Positions 12,512 to 25,899 are shown, counted from the stretch's first letter. The stretch: DNA of 64,000 nucleotides from Camelus ferus (GCF_009834535.1 NC_045697.1:103666001-103730000); one strand, 5' to 3'. The notes: generated by a model not told the origin, from the letters alone. A program made the numbers and translations.

Positions 12512-12774
12512 AAGAAGAGGCCAAATGAAAGAAAAGTTGTTAGAAAAGAAATAAAAGAGCAAAGGAGGAAGGAGGAAACTAAAATAAAAAGATATACAGG
12601 AAGTGGGTTGTCAGAAACCAATACAAAATATGTAATATAAATTAAAAACAGGGTCACAGATCACACATACAGTCTGCCAGTGGTGTATGAATATATGAAG
12701 AGACTGCACTAGCAACACTGCATATGTATTACTCACTGGCTTAGAAGATTCGATGTGCATCTAACATCCTGATC

Positions 12775-12863
12775 GTTGATGCCTATGCAGAACAGTGCTT
12801 GGCACATATTAGGCACTCAATTAATTTTTCACTGAATACACGAATGAATGAATGAATGAATGA
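12775..12863 (+). mobile_element. L2 3' end with (GAAT)n tail
   Basis: agaacagtgcttggcacatattaggcactcaa...gaatgaatgaatgaatgaatga. Confidence 0.8.
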
Positions 12864-12974
12864 GTATGTGTCCACAAGTGCTTCTCTCAGGGAGCAGCAT
12901 TTCCACTTGATGAGAAACACACACTTTCTGAAATGCTTTAAAACCCTTACCTTTGTGACAATAATGAGACTAGT

Positions 12975-13200
12975 TGAAATTTACTGACTGCCTACTTCAT
13001 ATGTGTCAGGAACTGTTCTGTGCCCTTCGTACGAACTAATTCATTTGGTCCTCACAACAAACCTATGAGAAAGGTGCTGCTAGGATTCCCATTTTACAGA
13101 GGAGAAAACTGAGGTGTCCAGATAGAAGAATACAAAATTCCCAAGCAATACGTGGCAGAATGGGAAACAAGCCGTGCATCTGGCTCCAGAATCTATGGTC
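12975..13200 (-). mobile_element. MIR SINE
   Basis: cctcacaacaaacctatgaga...ccattttacagaggagaaaactgagg. Confidence 0.85.
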
Positions 13201-13269
13201 GCTGCTGTTATGTGTTTACATAGTGGTTAGGAGTTTTTTGAAAATGTACAGATACTGGAGAATTCTGGC

Positions 13270-13440
13270 TTATGGGGATATTAGAGGTAATTTGCTGTCT
13301 CAGTTAACAGATTGCAAAGTTGAGGCCCAAGGAGGCAGTCTCTCTTACCCACAGCCTCAGGGTTGGTGGAAACACTAGGGCCGGGACACTAAGTGTCTCA
13401 AATTCCCCACCCAGTTCTTTATTTCTGATACCACACTGCC
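13270..13440 (-). mobile_element. MIR3-like SINE fragment
   Basis: cagttaacagattgcaaagttgaggcccaagg, degenerate MIR core. Confidence 0.5.
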
Positions 13441-15154
13441 TCCTATAAACCAGCTGAGTAGAGCAAACTCACATACAGGAGACCAGACAGCTATTACTCA
13501 TATTATTAAATAGGAATAATTATTCATTATTATTATTTTATCATATGCATAAAGCAAAAAAAGACATAGATAACACAATTAGAACAGACCGTGGAAGAGT
13601 TTTTGGAAGGAAATTAAAGCTTGAAGTAGATGCTCTCCTCTTCTCAAAAGGCCTGTGAATTGCCAACAAGGCTATATGGGAGGGCATTTTTGCAAAATTT
13701 TGCAAAAGCAAGGTAGGGATGTGGGAGATGGACAAGAGGGAGAGTATGAGGGCCAAAGAGGATGGAGGAGGGAGACAATGAAAGGGGATCTGTGGGAGAT
13801 TTGGGGAAGGAGCTTTTAACGTAGATCCCTGTATGTTAAAATAAACTTCCAGACAACAGTAAATTGATTTTCTTTTAAATAAGATATTGAAAATAACCAC
13901 TTAGTCAAAACCAGTGTTCAAACTAACACTAGACGTTTATTATAAACAAACAACAAACCCAGACCATGTGTACACCTGTGAAATGAATGGGTTTGGCACA
14001 GCTCACCCATTCCTTTTGGACGTGTCTAAATGACAGCACATGCGGCTGTTAGGCCTAGCTATGACGATCAATACTGAGTGTAAAGATGGGCAAATGAAGG
14101 GAGACAGCTGCACTCCACTTGCCTTGTCTCATATGTCAATGGTCCGATTTACTCTAGCTTTTGTAATATTCCTTAGCCAGAGCCAACTGGTCCTGCACTC
14201 TGTGTCTCTGAAAGGCTTCAGCCAGGAGGAGGTGGATTAACCAACGGTCCCAATAAAGGTCTGCTCGTGGTGTGAGCATCACTAGTCCACGAGTCCTCCC
14301 ACCATCACCAAGGCAGAGGCAACAGGCAGGGTCCCGATGCTCAGGCTGACTTTGGGGAGTCTTTTCTTTCCTGACCCAACCCTCACCATCAATGTCTATT
14401 TTAAACAGGCTTCTCCTTAATACATCTTTAGTTTTACTAAATTTATTCAGTGCGCAAGAGAAGGAAAATACATAATGTGATACTGGGGTCTGCAGGGGAT
14501 GGATCCTAGACCCTGAACCTCTCTGGGGTAGTGCTACCCAAAGCCTGATGGGTTTCCTAGAAGCAGAAGGAAAAGTACTGAGGGGGTGAGGAAGAACACT
14601 GTCTTATCAGCTTATAAGAATCGGCAGACAGACCTTGTCATTATACGATCATGTAATGTTTTTGGTATAAAAAGTTCAATAATTAATACAAGTCAACCAC
14701 TTCTACATAATTAAATTTTACCTTATGATCCAGGAAAATGCAAATGAGCTAGCTAAAAAATTTTTAGAGTGCTTAGACTTCCATCCTCAAAGTTCCTATG
14801 GTGAATTGCTAAACAGTCTTGACTCATGTTTGGTCATATAATTATATACAGCTAATTCCCCTTAATGTTTCAGTAAAGACTCATCCTTACACAGTTATTT
14901 CTGGACCTACACTGTGGGGTGTTGTCACTAAGGCGTTTTTAGGAAGGAATTGTCAATGTTTTCACTCAGAAACGGCTGTAGTGATTTTCACATCAGATGT
15001 TTATTTTGAAATGTACTTGGCTAATCACTTCAGTATCTTTGGAACTTAAAAGTGCCAGAGAGCAAGAAGTGACCATCTGGTAAATCATATGAATGAATTT
15101 AACCGAGTCTTTAAGAATACTGAAAGTCTATGTCAACATAATTTTTCCAGTTGC

Positions 15155-15168
15155 CCAGTAGAGGGCAA
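15155..15168 (+). promoter_or_regulatory. candidate CTCF site
   Basis: CCAGTAGAGGGCAA matches CCASYAGRKGGCRS at 13/14; lies in unique sequence. Confidence 0.5.
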
Positions 15169-15769
15169 CTTCTACACACTTTGACAGTTAAAAAAAATCT
15201 ATGCACGCCACATCAGTAAGAACAACTGTACGTCTGAAATAAAACAAAGCAATTTATGTCTATGAATGGATTTTCACTAACAGGTAGCTGTAAAATGTCA
15301 TGAAATTTTAAATACGTAATTAGGAAATCAGTATATTTAATAATGAGTAATTAGCATTTTATGATTAATATAAGTGTTATCGCAGGAACTTTAAAGTGGC
15401 AGCCGTTTAGGTCACTGTGACAGATAGTAACTAAAATATAAAAGGTAAATGACGAGAGTACCGCTCTTTAGTAAACATTTTGATTGAATTTCATTATGAC
15501 GGTTAAAAATAGAGCTAAAGTGAATGCATAGTCTTACTAAGAGGAGGCCAAAAGAAAAAAAAAAAAAAAGCCTTAACATGAGCATCTCGAGTATAATTAA
15601 CTGCCTTTGTTAGTATAAACTTTGAAATAATACTTATCGGGTTCATGTTTTAAATGACGTCAGATACAAGAATGTAACTATACACATGTATTTATGTATT
15701 TGCAAATAGAGTAAAATTCTACTAAAACGCATCGCATTGCTGTAGTGGTTTGGACATAATGTATTATGT

Positions 15770-15900
15770 TCTCATTCATTCACTCATTCAACATTTACTT
15801 GCTGAGCACCTACTGCTACTGCATGCCAAAGGCTACGGCAGAAGTCAGGGGTACAGAGTGACAAATATGACAAAATTCCCCACTTCCTTGGAGCTGACAC
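15770..15900 (-). mobile_element. L2 3' end
   Basis: cattcattcactcattcaacatttacttgctgagcacctact...ccttggagctgac. Confidence 0.8.
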
Positions 15901-16016
15901 TCCCCCTCGTAAAAAGCACTGTCTCATAGAGCCTTCTGAAAAGATCAGCTTATAAGATAGATGCTTACTGTCTCATAACACCAGCTTCTTTTTTCAATTT
16001 AAAACATTAGGCTTTG

Positions 16017-16066
16017 ATACTTCAATTAAATAATTCAATAAAAAAAACTTCAATAAAAATAATAAA
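16017..16066 (+). mobile_element. ultra-short L1 3' terminal insertion
   Basis: atacttcaattaaa (L1 terminus) plus A-rich tail between ~20-bp duplications at 15996-16016 and 16067-16086. Confidence 0.7.
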
Positions 16067-16189
16067 AATTTAAAAATTAGGCTTTGCTTTTAATATAGAG
16101 AAATATTGCAAGGAAAAATGAAATGCTCCATTAATATTCAAAGAACACTCACTGACCTTAAGTAAAGTAATAAATGATTTTGATTAGAA

Positions 16190-16545
16190 AAATATTAATT
16201 GTATGGAAAAGTACAAAATGAAAAGTGAAAATTTCTAGCACCCTACTCTCCCTAGAGATGTTAAGTTTCTTGTGACTCTTTCTAGAAAAAAAAAAATAGT
16301 ATACCAGTATTCATCCACCCCACTTCCCCCCCCACTCATCCATCCAGCCTTCTGAAATTATTCAGATTTATATAGCTTTCTTAAGACAATCATATTATGT
16401 ACAGTACTTCTGCATGCAGCTTTTATTTTTGCCTACTTCACTCTATTTCTTGGAGTGCTTTCCATAAAAGTATATATAAGTGTATCTCATTCTTTTATTT
16501 GATTTATTTCATTTTTAAATGTAGAAGTATTTTATAGCATTCCAT
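16190..16545 (-). mobile_element. ancient L1M (L1ME-like) 3' fragment
   Basis: gaaaagtacaaaatgaaaagtgaaa...catattatgtacagtacttctgc...atctcattctttt...atagcattccat. Confidence 0.55.
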
Positions 16546-17534
16546 CTCCGAAAACCTCAAAATTCTAGTTTTAAAGGCAGTTATATAATTTTGTCTGAAA
16601 CTGATAAAAGCAGTGGTATGTGTCATTAATTAGTGTGGTTTAATTTGTGAACACTGGGAATTTATGGACTTCAAGAAGAAGCCTGGGAAAATTACCTTTA
16701 TTATAGGGCAGCAAATAGAAAAATAAAAGGAATCAACATCTGCTTTGTATAAAAAATTACCAGTAACTCCATTAGATCACACGCACTAACAATCTTCTAA
16801 AGAGCGTCTCTGGATGTGAATTAGAAATACTAATACTCTTTTTTTTAACTAGTCAATTTTTATAATAGTTTTGTGTTATACAATCATCATTTCTTTGAGT
16901 TCCACTTAAACATTTTCAATTAAACATGTAAGAATCACCTTTCCTTATTCTATTTATAATACTGCTTAAACCATATATTTATTTCAATGCCATACTGGTA
17001 TTAAAATACCATCATCAGAATTCTTCAATTTACAAAAAATATTTTGCAAAATAAAATACAAGACACTAGGTGGTGCTGTGGGACCTTCAGATCAATCAAC
17101 ACTGCAAAGTTCTGCACTTGATAAATGAGTTGTATGGTTGATTCTATATATTTAAGTGTACATTACATATTTTTCTAGATAAACTAAAGCCATATACATA
17201 ATAAAAATAACAGCAGAAAAGCAAAGTTTTGATAGATGACATTTTTCAGAAAGACATGACCCCCTTTCATAATTACATACTCTAACTTCTATGTTAAGTT
17301 ATTGAAAACATGTCAATATTATAAATGTCATTTTTGAGGCATGCTTCTTAATCAGTTATTTTTTCTCTTATCTTTAGAGTTATTTTTCCATACCTGTCCA
17401 AGAATTAAAAAATCAGCAATTATATATTCCTGTCAAATAATTTTCTATTAGGCAATTCCTTATTTCACAGTATATATTGTGTTCTTCTTGGGTTCTATTT
17501 TTCTCTTCTCCCTAGATGTGACTGCTTGTTGTTG

Positions 17535-17685
17535 AGCTGGTAATTCAAATGCTGACAGTGGCCAGACTGACAAGGTAAATGTCTGAATCAGGCCACGTGT
17601 AAGATAACAGGGAATGGGGGCAACTGAAAAAAAACACTATATGCATATTCAAATTTAGATGAAAAGCAAAGACACCACACACTCA

Positions 17686-17767
<82 letters not shown>

Positions 17768-17842
17768 ACTCCCAACATGCAGGCCAAAGAAAGCACATTA
17801 CTGTCTGCATGAGGCCTGCAGGCCACTTATTTGTGACCTCCA
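17535..17842 (+). mobile_element. MER102-like hAT-Charlie element, interrupted by microsatellite
   Basis: tcaaatgctgacagtggccag...gtgtaagataacagggaatgggg at the start and caggccaaagaaagcacat...ggcctgcaggccacttatttgtgacctc at the end; family name tentative. Confidence 0.55.
17688..17769. repeat. compound microsatellite (CT)n(CA)n
   Basis: Directly visible. Confidence 0.97.
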
Positions 17843-18285
17843 ACCAAGCCCAACGTGTCCGTAACCATTTATCTAGGAGTGACACAGTTTTAAAAGAAAC
17901 TCCAAGAATTTCAGTTCAAACCGAGTGCAAATGGTGTTTCAGCTGTCCCTGTAGACTGTTTTTATCACTTATATATGTTCCTCCTTAAAGAACAAAAGTT
18001 ACTAATGATTCAGGAGGTAACTGTAGTGATCAAGGGCATTGATTCTCCATGGTGAGCTAGCTGCTGGTTTAAGGACACAGACTTCGCAGCCTTCCTCCAT
18101 CAGCATGGTCTTCCTCGCCCTGCAGGTCTTTGTATGGCGTAGGGTAGGGGCGGTAGGGTAGGAATGAAGCATTTAATATTGAATGGACAGAAATATATGA
18201 TTAACATAAAATTTAAAAGGGCAGAATTATTCTAACAGTGATGGTGGAACTAATATTATGGTAGAAGGTGTAATTGAAAGGAACG

Positions 18286-18578
18286 AAAACAGACTCACAG
18301 ACGTATAAAACAAACTTACGGTTACCAGAGGGGAAAAGGGGTAGGAAGGGATAAATTGGGAGTTCAGGATTTGCATATACTAACTATTATATATAAAACA
18401 GATAAACAACAAGTTCCTACTGTACAGCACAGGGAATTATATTCAATGTCTTGTAGTACTTATAATGAAAAAGAGTATGAAAATGAATGTATGTATGTAT
18501 ATGTGTGACTGAACTATCATGCTGTACACCAGAAATGGACACAACATTGTAAACGGACTACACCTCAATAAAAAAAAA
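18286..18578 (+). mobile_element. young L1 3'UTR
   Basis: acagactcacagac...ggttaccagagggg...gggataaattgggagtt...tgtacagcacaggga...tcaataaaaaaaa; short TSD aaaggaa(c/t)g. Confidence 0.92.
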
Positions 18579-19246
18579 GGAATGCAAATAAATTTTTGAC
18601 AAATGCAACAAAGCTCTTCTAAAGGAATGTGGTTCTTCTAGTTTGTCACTGAGAGAAGCTAAACTCATTTTTTAAATGATGCATCGTTTCAAACATTTTT
18701 AGGCTGTCTTCAGAAAGAGCTTGTGTGACACATAAGAAAATAACATCAAGTCATGTCACTTCTGAACTGGAAGAGACCACAGAGATGAACAGTCCTCTTG
18801 TTACTTTAGCGACACTTCACAAATCAGCTCCTGAAAGATGAGCACCGTGAAGCCGCGGTCTCCAGGTGAGGCCGTGCCGTGGAAAGCTAAGTGGCCTGAT
18901 GCTCGGAGGAAGCCAAGAGGGAGTCACAATCTACTCGGAGTGGGGAATAGTCCCTGTACACCAGAAACCGAGGCAAGAATATCATACTTCAGGAATTTCA
19001 GATACTGTCTAAACATCCACAAGAGTCTCTACTAAAATTCACTTGGAATTTTTAGAGAGCTGAATGCGTTCAAACACAGATATATGGAAGAGGTGATGAA
19101 AGGCAGAAACAGATTAGAGTCACACTGCCTGAACTCTTGAGATCCACTTTTTAGACTGCCTCAAGTGCCATCTCAGATGAGAGTCCTCTGACTTAATAAG
19201 CATCTTGGTTTTTTTTTCTCTTTTAATTGCATACCTTCTTCTAGAA

Positions 19247-19734
19247 TAGCAGTTACTACAGTGTAGTTCGGGGACCTAGGGACCCAAAGACCATCTTTGG
19301 GGGTCGATGATGAAAACTACTTTCAAGATAATACTAAGTAAGCCACTATCTGCCTTTTTCACTTTCATTCTTTCACAGTTGGACAGGGGACTTTTCCAGA
19401 GGCTACATGACATGTGAAACTGACTTAATACAGAAGCAGATATGAGACTCCAGCTGTCTTGTATTAAACTACACATTAGAGAGATTTTCAAAATGTAAAA
19501 CAGTAGAATTTTTCTCACCAGCTTTTGTTTTGGAAAATGTAGTTATTTTTCATAAAAATATGTATGTTTACATATCATGGGGTTTACTGTTATTTTTAAA
19601 TGAATTAATAATTTTCCAGGTTTAATTTCAAACATGGTAAATACGGATTGACATAACTGATACAAATTAAAGCTCCCTGTGGTTCTCAACAAATATGAAG
19701 AATGGAAAGGGGTGCAAAAGGTTTAAGAACGCTG
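19247..19734 (+). mobile_element. MER119 (Charlie1-derived) hAT element
   Basis: ttttccagaggctacatgacatgtga...cagaagcagatatgagactccagctgtctt...gtttaagaacgctg; degenerate 8-bp TSD ttctagaa/ttcttgag. Confidence 0.85.
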
Positions 19735-20076
19735 TTCTTGAGGTAACCCCTCACATCTTAGTCTAAATCAATTGTATTAGTTTCCTCGAGATATTTACAT
19801 GAATATAAAACTTCTCTCAGAATGAGAGTTGTTAGAAATCAGGAAAGGTAAGAGAATTCAGAGCAGGAGGCACTTATCAGGGTAAGGTGGGCCTGCCGAG
19901 TCTGATGCAGAGGGGTAAACAGAGGCAGGAGAGCTCTGGGTCTGGGTGAAGTGACCCTGGTAGCAGAGGGAGTGGAGAGGGAGTAAGGAGGGTGTAACAG
20001 CAAATGTTTGGATTTCCAAATTTAGCCTGGGACCAGTGCTACATCGAGAAAAGTGTCACTGTTCTCCACCTTCTCT

Positions 20077-20244
20077 CTCTCTCTTTTTTTTTTTGGCTTT
20101 TTAAAATATATTTTTATTGAAGTACAGTCAGTTCACAATGTCATGTCAGTTTCTGGTGTACAGCACAATGCTTCAGTCACATCAGAACATATACACATTC
20201 GTTCTCATTTTCTTCTTCATCATAGGTTACTACAACATATTGAA
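20077..20244 (-). mobile_element. young L1 3' end
   Basis: tttttattgaagtacagtcag...tttctggtgtacagcacaatg; TSD tctccac(c/t)ttctct at 20063-20076 and 20245-20258. Confidence 0.9.
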
Positions 20245-20299
20245 TCTCCACTTTCTCTGATTTCTTACACTTTGGGAAACTCCAATCCAGTCCCCACAC

Positions 20300-20780
20300 T
20301 GAAATGCACTCCTTCATCGGTTTCCCACTAGTCTATAAGGACCAGTCATGGCCTATGGCGTCCTGTATGGTCTGCACCTGCCTATCTTGTCATCTCCATC
20401 TCTCCTCATTCTCCACCGGGCTCCATTCTCTCTCCATGCTCCAGCCTCAGGGCCCTTGGTCCATTTCCTCAACTGGGCTGTGTTCCTTTCCACCTGCAGA
20501 CCTTGGCTTCCTTCAGTCATCAAGGAAGCCTTCCTGCCCATATCAGTTTCTCCTGAATATGTACTTCCATGGTACCATAGATTTCCTTTGGAGCATTTAG
20601 TCTAGTTGTAATTTTACATTTATTTGTATGATTTTTAAATTATTTTCCATGTGTCCTTCACTAGGCTATGAGCTTTCTGAGGGAAAGGATCATGCTTATT
20701 TTCACTCCATCTTGAATTCTCTGTACCTAGTAAAATGTCCAGGACATAGTAAGAGCTCAATTAATATTTCTGAATGAAGG
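20300..20780 (+). mobile_element. L2 3' region
   Basis: CT-rich L2 sense body; ctaggctatgagctttctgagggaaaggatcatg...acatagtaagagctcaattaatatttctgaatgaa. Confidence 0.75.
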
Positions 20781-20814
20781 AAAAGACGATTTCTTGCTTT
20801 TAGGACTGATTATA

Positions 20815-21035
20815 ATAACAGTAGTCTTTATTGAGCATAGACACTGTTCTATGTACTTTGCAAGTATCATACAATTCCAAAAACAAGCCAATGAATAAGT
20901 ACAATTATCATCACTTACAGAAGAAGAAATCAAGGCACAGAGAAGTTAGCCAATTTGCCCAAGGTCAAACAGTAATTTCTGAGGTCAGGATATGAACTCA
21001 AACAACTTGATTCTAGAGCCTGTAATCCCATAACT
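20815..21035 (-). mobile_element. MIR SINE
   Basis: ttacagaagaagaaatcaaggcacagagaagttagccaatttgcccaaggtca. Confidence 0.8.
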
Positions 21036-21799
21036 GTAGTTTGGGGGCCTAATCTCCATTGATAAGGTTGACATTCAAAATTATTCCCCATAGAAATCAA
21101 CAAATAATTTACAAAGTTTAGGAAGCTAATTAGCAAACTGATGAGTGACTCTAAGGGGAAACTGTGAATTATGTTCTGGAATTAAAGGTATTTAAAAAAG
21201 AACAAACTGTCATTTTTGCACTAGACCTTAGTAGCTTTCTATGTTTTATTGGTTAAAAGAGAAAAAGACATTTGTGTTTTCCGTTTCCTAAAAGTATAAG
21301 ACAGTCCAAGAGATAATGACAAAAATGATGTTCCCTTCTAGACATTTGGAAGTAGATAGTACATATTAGGATTTAGGGGGGGAAAAAAAAGCCTTGTTCT
21401 TTGAGAAATTTAATTTTATAAAAGGAAGTGAACCAAAATAAAGCACTGAGCCTAAACTCTCAGAATTCAATAGATACATGTTCTCTTCCCCAATTTGGGT
21501 TAATTTGATTAAAAATTTTCAGTGCGTTTATTTCTTAACAAACACAGATTTTACTTATTTTAACCTGGTCATTTGAATGTACAAATCAGTCTCATGAGTA
21601 TTCAAATACAAAACATAATTGTAATTCAAGTCTATTATTTTTATGTTCTGACAGCATTCTTAAGAATATAGTACTGTAAGAAAAACAAAGTGCAAATCCA
21701 GGAATATAACAAATTTGGACAATTTATCATCTAAAACCTAGCAATCTATCTCACTTTAATGTTTAAGTTCAATTTTACATTGTTTGTATCTTTGCAGAT

Positions 21800-22175
21800 C
21801 CATTCAACAAATAATGAGTGGACACCACTCCGTGTCAGGCATACCCTAGAGGGTGGGGAATCAATGATAAAGGTGGCCGGGTGTCTTCCTTACAAGGTCT
21901 AGCTGTGGCAAAGTACAAAGGTGAAGGCCAGATAATGGGTGAGGAAGGGCCGCCCACCACACCTTACTGAACAAGGGATTCCGAAAGAGGTGACATCTAA
22001 ACTGAGGCTGGAATGATGAGTAGGAAGGGCCGAGGGAAGGGTGGAGGGGGCAGGTAATTAGAAATAGTCTGGGAGGTGGGGGAACAGCATGTACAAAGGC
22101 CCCAACACAAGAAAGTGTGCTCACAGCGTACAGAGCAAAGGAAAGATAGGCAGACTGAATGGGATGGAACAAACG
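21800..22175 (-). mobile_element. L2 3' region
   Basis: cattcaacaaataatgagtgg...gaggtgacatctaaactgaggctggaatgatgagtagga...ggaacagcatgtacaaaggccc. Confidence 0.75.
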
Positions 22176-24329
22176 CCACTTTGGTGACAAGAATCTCACA
22201 AATTCCTCATGAAAAGATAACTAGTGATATTCACTAGCCTTCTCATCTTCTAGTAAATCAAAGAAACAGAAAGGGCAACTCAATTAAGGGATACCTCAGT
22301 AAGTGTCATTTGGAGTTTCAACTGTCCTCAGAACTCAACTTTAAAAAAAAATATATGAGAATGTCAGCAAAGCCACACATGACCAGTGCTGTGAGGCTGA
22401 GAGATGGCTGGAGTGGAGAATAAAGTAATAAAATTAGGATCTTAAGACTGTTCCAATCTTCTGTTCCCGGCAAACACTTTGTTCTCTGAAGAATATTTAT
22501 TACTATGGTCAACTTACTCCTTCTGGAATTTTTGTTACTTAGTAAGGAGTTATTTCTATTCAAAAATGGAAAATTCAAAGACCTAAGAACCCTCACTGCA
22601 TGGTAATCTATATGGCTTGCGTACTGGTGCTGTCTGCTGGGCCCCAGGTCATCAATTATGTATAGAAATGTACCGTTACAGCAGTGGCCAGTGTCGTGGG
22701 CCTGTCAGGGATTTCTTAAGAGAAACAAAAACATTTGACTGGATCTTCTTTTAGAAATCACAGGCTAGGTGGAAGGAGGAAGATCTCTGAAAGCAAACAG
22801 GAGTAATCCTCAATACATAAACTGACTTCTTGTAATAACTGGAAAATGAATTTTTAAGAAGGCACTTAAAATGAAACCAGAAGTATAACTCGGGGAAAAG
22901 CCTCGAAAACAGATATAAGAAAGGCTGACATTAGTTCATCAAAACCACACGCGTTAGAATACAAATTCATTCCTTATGTATTTGAGGGAAAATGACTAAT
23001 GGGGGTCACCAAGCTCCAGCCTCTCGGAAGCAAATTCAATGGATTCAACGTTTACAACAAGGAGTAGTCACGTTATTTGAAATAAAATGTCTTGTAATCC
23101 CCAAACCTGGCTGGCTTCTGAGGTGTGAGTTTTCATTTTAAATGAATGGAGCCTATTTACACACTGACCAGAGAGCACAAGAACGGTGAGGATTACCAGG
23201 AAGGAAATGCAATCTAAGATATCTTATGGAATTTTCTCCATTATACAAAACACAAAAGCTTTCACTGGGATTTCAATAAATTTAGTTCTACACATTGCTG
23301 CAGAGATTCAGTTACTCCCCCTTTCTTTAGTGGTTCGCTGGGGTAGCAGCTGCTGGGCTGTGTATTTCAAAAGTGAAAAAGAACTCTCATTCTCTCTCAG
23401 TACCTACATAAATGTGCTCCGGAAAATTTGGAAAAATGATGTACTTTAAGGGAAATGACTTGATTTCCTTTCCTGTAAGGTATCTGACAAGCGTTTAAAC
23501 CTCGAACAGGGAGAGTCGTCGTTTTCAAAAACCAAACTGATGCCTTCTGCAGGAAACTATAATGTATAAACACATCTATCATTTACGTTTCAGTACATTT
23601 AAGCACACATGCTGGAACAGATATCCTCTTTCTTCAACACTTTCTGGGTAGAATTTTTAATGCCCGATTTTTGTAAAATAATTTAGAGGCTACACAAGTA
23701 CTGTGAGGTCGCCAGACAAAGATACTCTGATTTTATACTACTTTCAAGAGTATGTAACATCCTCATCTTGTCATTACTACAGAGGTTTAGATCAAATGTC
23801 ATATCATTCACCCAAATTCTATAAAATTGAAAGCATGTTTAAAAATCAATGCTAAGCCATGAGGGAATGCCTAAAACAGATAAGAACCAAATCAATTTCC
23901 TTATTTCTTAGATTTAAAATGGAAATAATTGGCTGATCAGCCACAGAAACTGCAATTTAGCAAAACAGACTCCGATGAATGCTGAAATATCTGATTTTCT
24001 TAGCTCTTCTTTCTTTAACAAGTGATCTCTGCCAGTTTAAATGGGAGAAATTCCAACATATCTGAACACATGACAATTCACAAGACACATGGTACAAAAC
24101 ACATGACACGACACATCACGTTAACTACTTGTTACTAATAAAAGCCAAAGCTACAGTTCCACCGCTCTTATAGTTTAATTCATTGACTTCTATATTTTGG
24201 CTGACATTCAGTTAATTGAGGATATTGCAAATACAGTGAGAAACTGAAGTGAGACCATTTAAAAAACACCTTTTGCTGTGGAGTTTTAAATTCACATTTT
24301 ATTATACACATGGGATGTCAAGAAAATCT

Positions 24330-24955
24330 TCAGTTACTTGTCTACTAGGTGACGAGTGATTTACATAAATTATCTCAATCCTCAGAAATATCTTACTGAC
24401 CTTTGCCCAATAAGGTACATAACTTGTCCAGAAGTCACATGGCGACTGAGAGCCCCTCCTGTGATTCCGTCACTCAATAGCATTTGACTTCCTCCTTCCT
24501 GAAACACTTCGTTCTTCAGCTTGTGGAAAATTGCCAACTCCTATTTACCTTCTTCTTCTTCTAGACCTTTCTCCCTCACTTAACTCAGGTCTCTTATAAA
24601 GACCTTCCCAGTCTACCTTATCTACCCCCCACCTGTTTTCCCTCCCCTACTGCTTTCTATTTCCTCATCATGCTTTACTTTTGTTCACAAAATTGATCAC
24701 CACTTGACGTTATATTTAGTTACTTGCTTATTGTCTGTTACCCTTACTGTTCACCCACCCCCAGCCCCCCGAGGAGCTCCACAAGGCGGGGATCTTGCCC
24801 GTCTCTGTCCCCCTGTGGTCTCAGTGCCTACAGCAGTGCCTGGCACCAAGTAAGCCCTCAGTAAATCTGTTCAGTGAAGGAATGGATGGAAGTGTGAAGT
24901 TAGGATCCACATCCAGGTCTTTCTAACTCTAGGGATAGGATTATTTTACCACACC
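24330..24955. mobile_element. MIR (minus) interrupted by L2 (plus, ~24470-24890)
   Basis: MIR halves aacttgtccagaagtcacatgg and ttaggatccacatccaggtctttctaactc flank an L2 ending cagtgcctggcaccaagtaagccctcagtaaat...gaaggaatggatgg. Confidence 0.65.
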
Positions 24956-25899
24956 TGGTTTAATTTCAAATATAACACGCTTTTATGAAAAGTTTCCTTA
25001 GTCAACTCCAAGCAAACAATACATCTTTACAATGACTCCTAAAGCCCTGTCTCTGCTCTAACCAAAGCCTATAACTAAAGAAAGATGCTTTACTGAAAGA
25101 AAGGGAGTGAAAGGCCACTTAGTCCAGGAAGAAAAGAAGAAAGAAGCCAACATTTATTGCATATTTACCTTGTTCTGAGTAATATGTGTATAAAATGTAT
25201 GTGTATATTTGCATGTGTATATTTCTGCATAGAATTCATTTCTATTTTATCCACATGGCAATAATATAAAGCAAGAGAGTGGGTCCTGGTTCCCTCCTTG
25301 AGAAGCTTAAAGCTCAGAGGCTGGTGGGGAGAGAGGTGACAGTGAGAGTGAGCTGCAAGTTCTCCACTTGCCAGGCAGAGACGTGTCAGTTTTCCTCGGG
25401 GTCAAGTGACCAAAGGAAGAGATGGACTTGAGTCCTGCTGACCAGAACTCCACCCGGAGAAGTAGATCACTAAAGGCCAAGAGCTGCGGCTGGAGTTGTC
25501 AGAGGATCACTGCCCGTGCCAGGCAACGTTGTACAGGGAGGCTCCTGGTGAAGCGGGATCGCTGATTACCTGCAGACACACCCCACAAGAGAAAGAGCTG
25601 GCCTGCGGAGATGTGTCACACTCACAGGGCCTCAAAGCCCAATTACAAGGCAAGACACATCACTTTGTCCATCCTTCTCTAGTCCCTCCTCCCAGGGACC
25701 TGATCCTAGAGGGGACAAAGGCAGTGGCTCAAGAATGGGAAAGGAGGTGGACCAAAGATGAGAGAAGTAGCCTATCACAGTTCCCCTCCCTACTGAGTTG
25801 ATAGGGGAGGGGAAGAAAGGCGGAAAGCTTTCAACTGGATGAGAGACTGACGTTTTGGCATTAGACTTGACCAGGCTTTTTCTTTGTTTACTGAAGAGT

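Noticed and set aside
17516..17574. Plus-strand exon-like segment with a strong acceptor
   Set aside because: Mostly inside a MER102-like element, weak donor (gtaaat), no recognisable peptide
18810..18865. Plus-strand exon-like segment (RHFTNQLLKDEHREAAVS, CAG|gtgagg)
   Set aside because: Appears to lie in a degenerate MIR3-like relic; peptide not recognised
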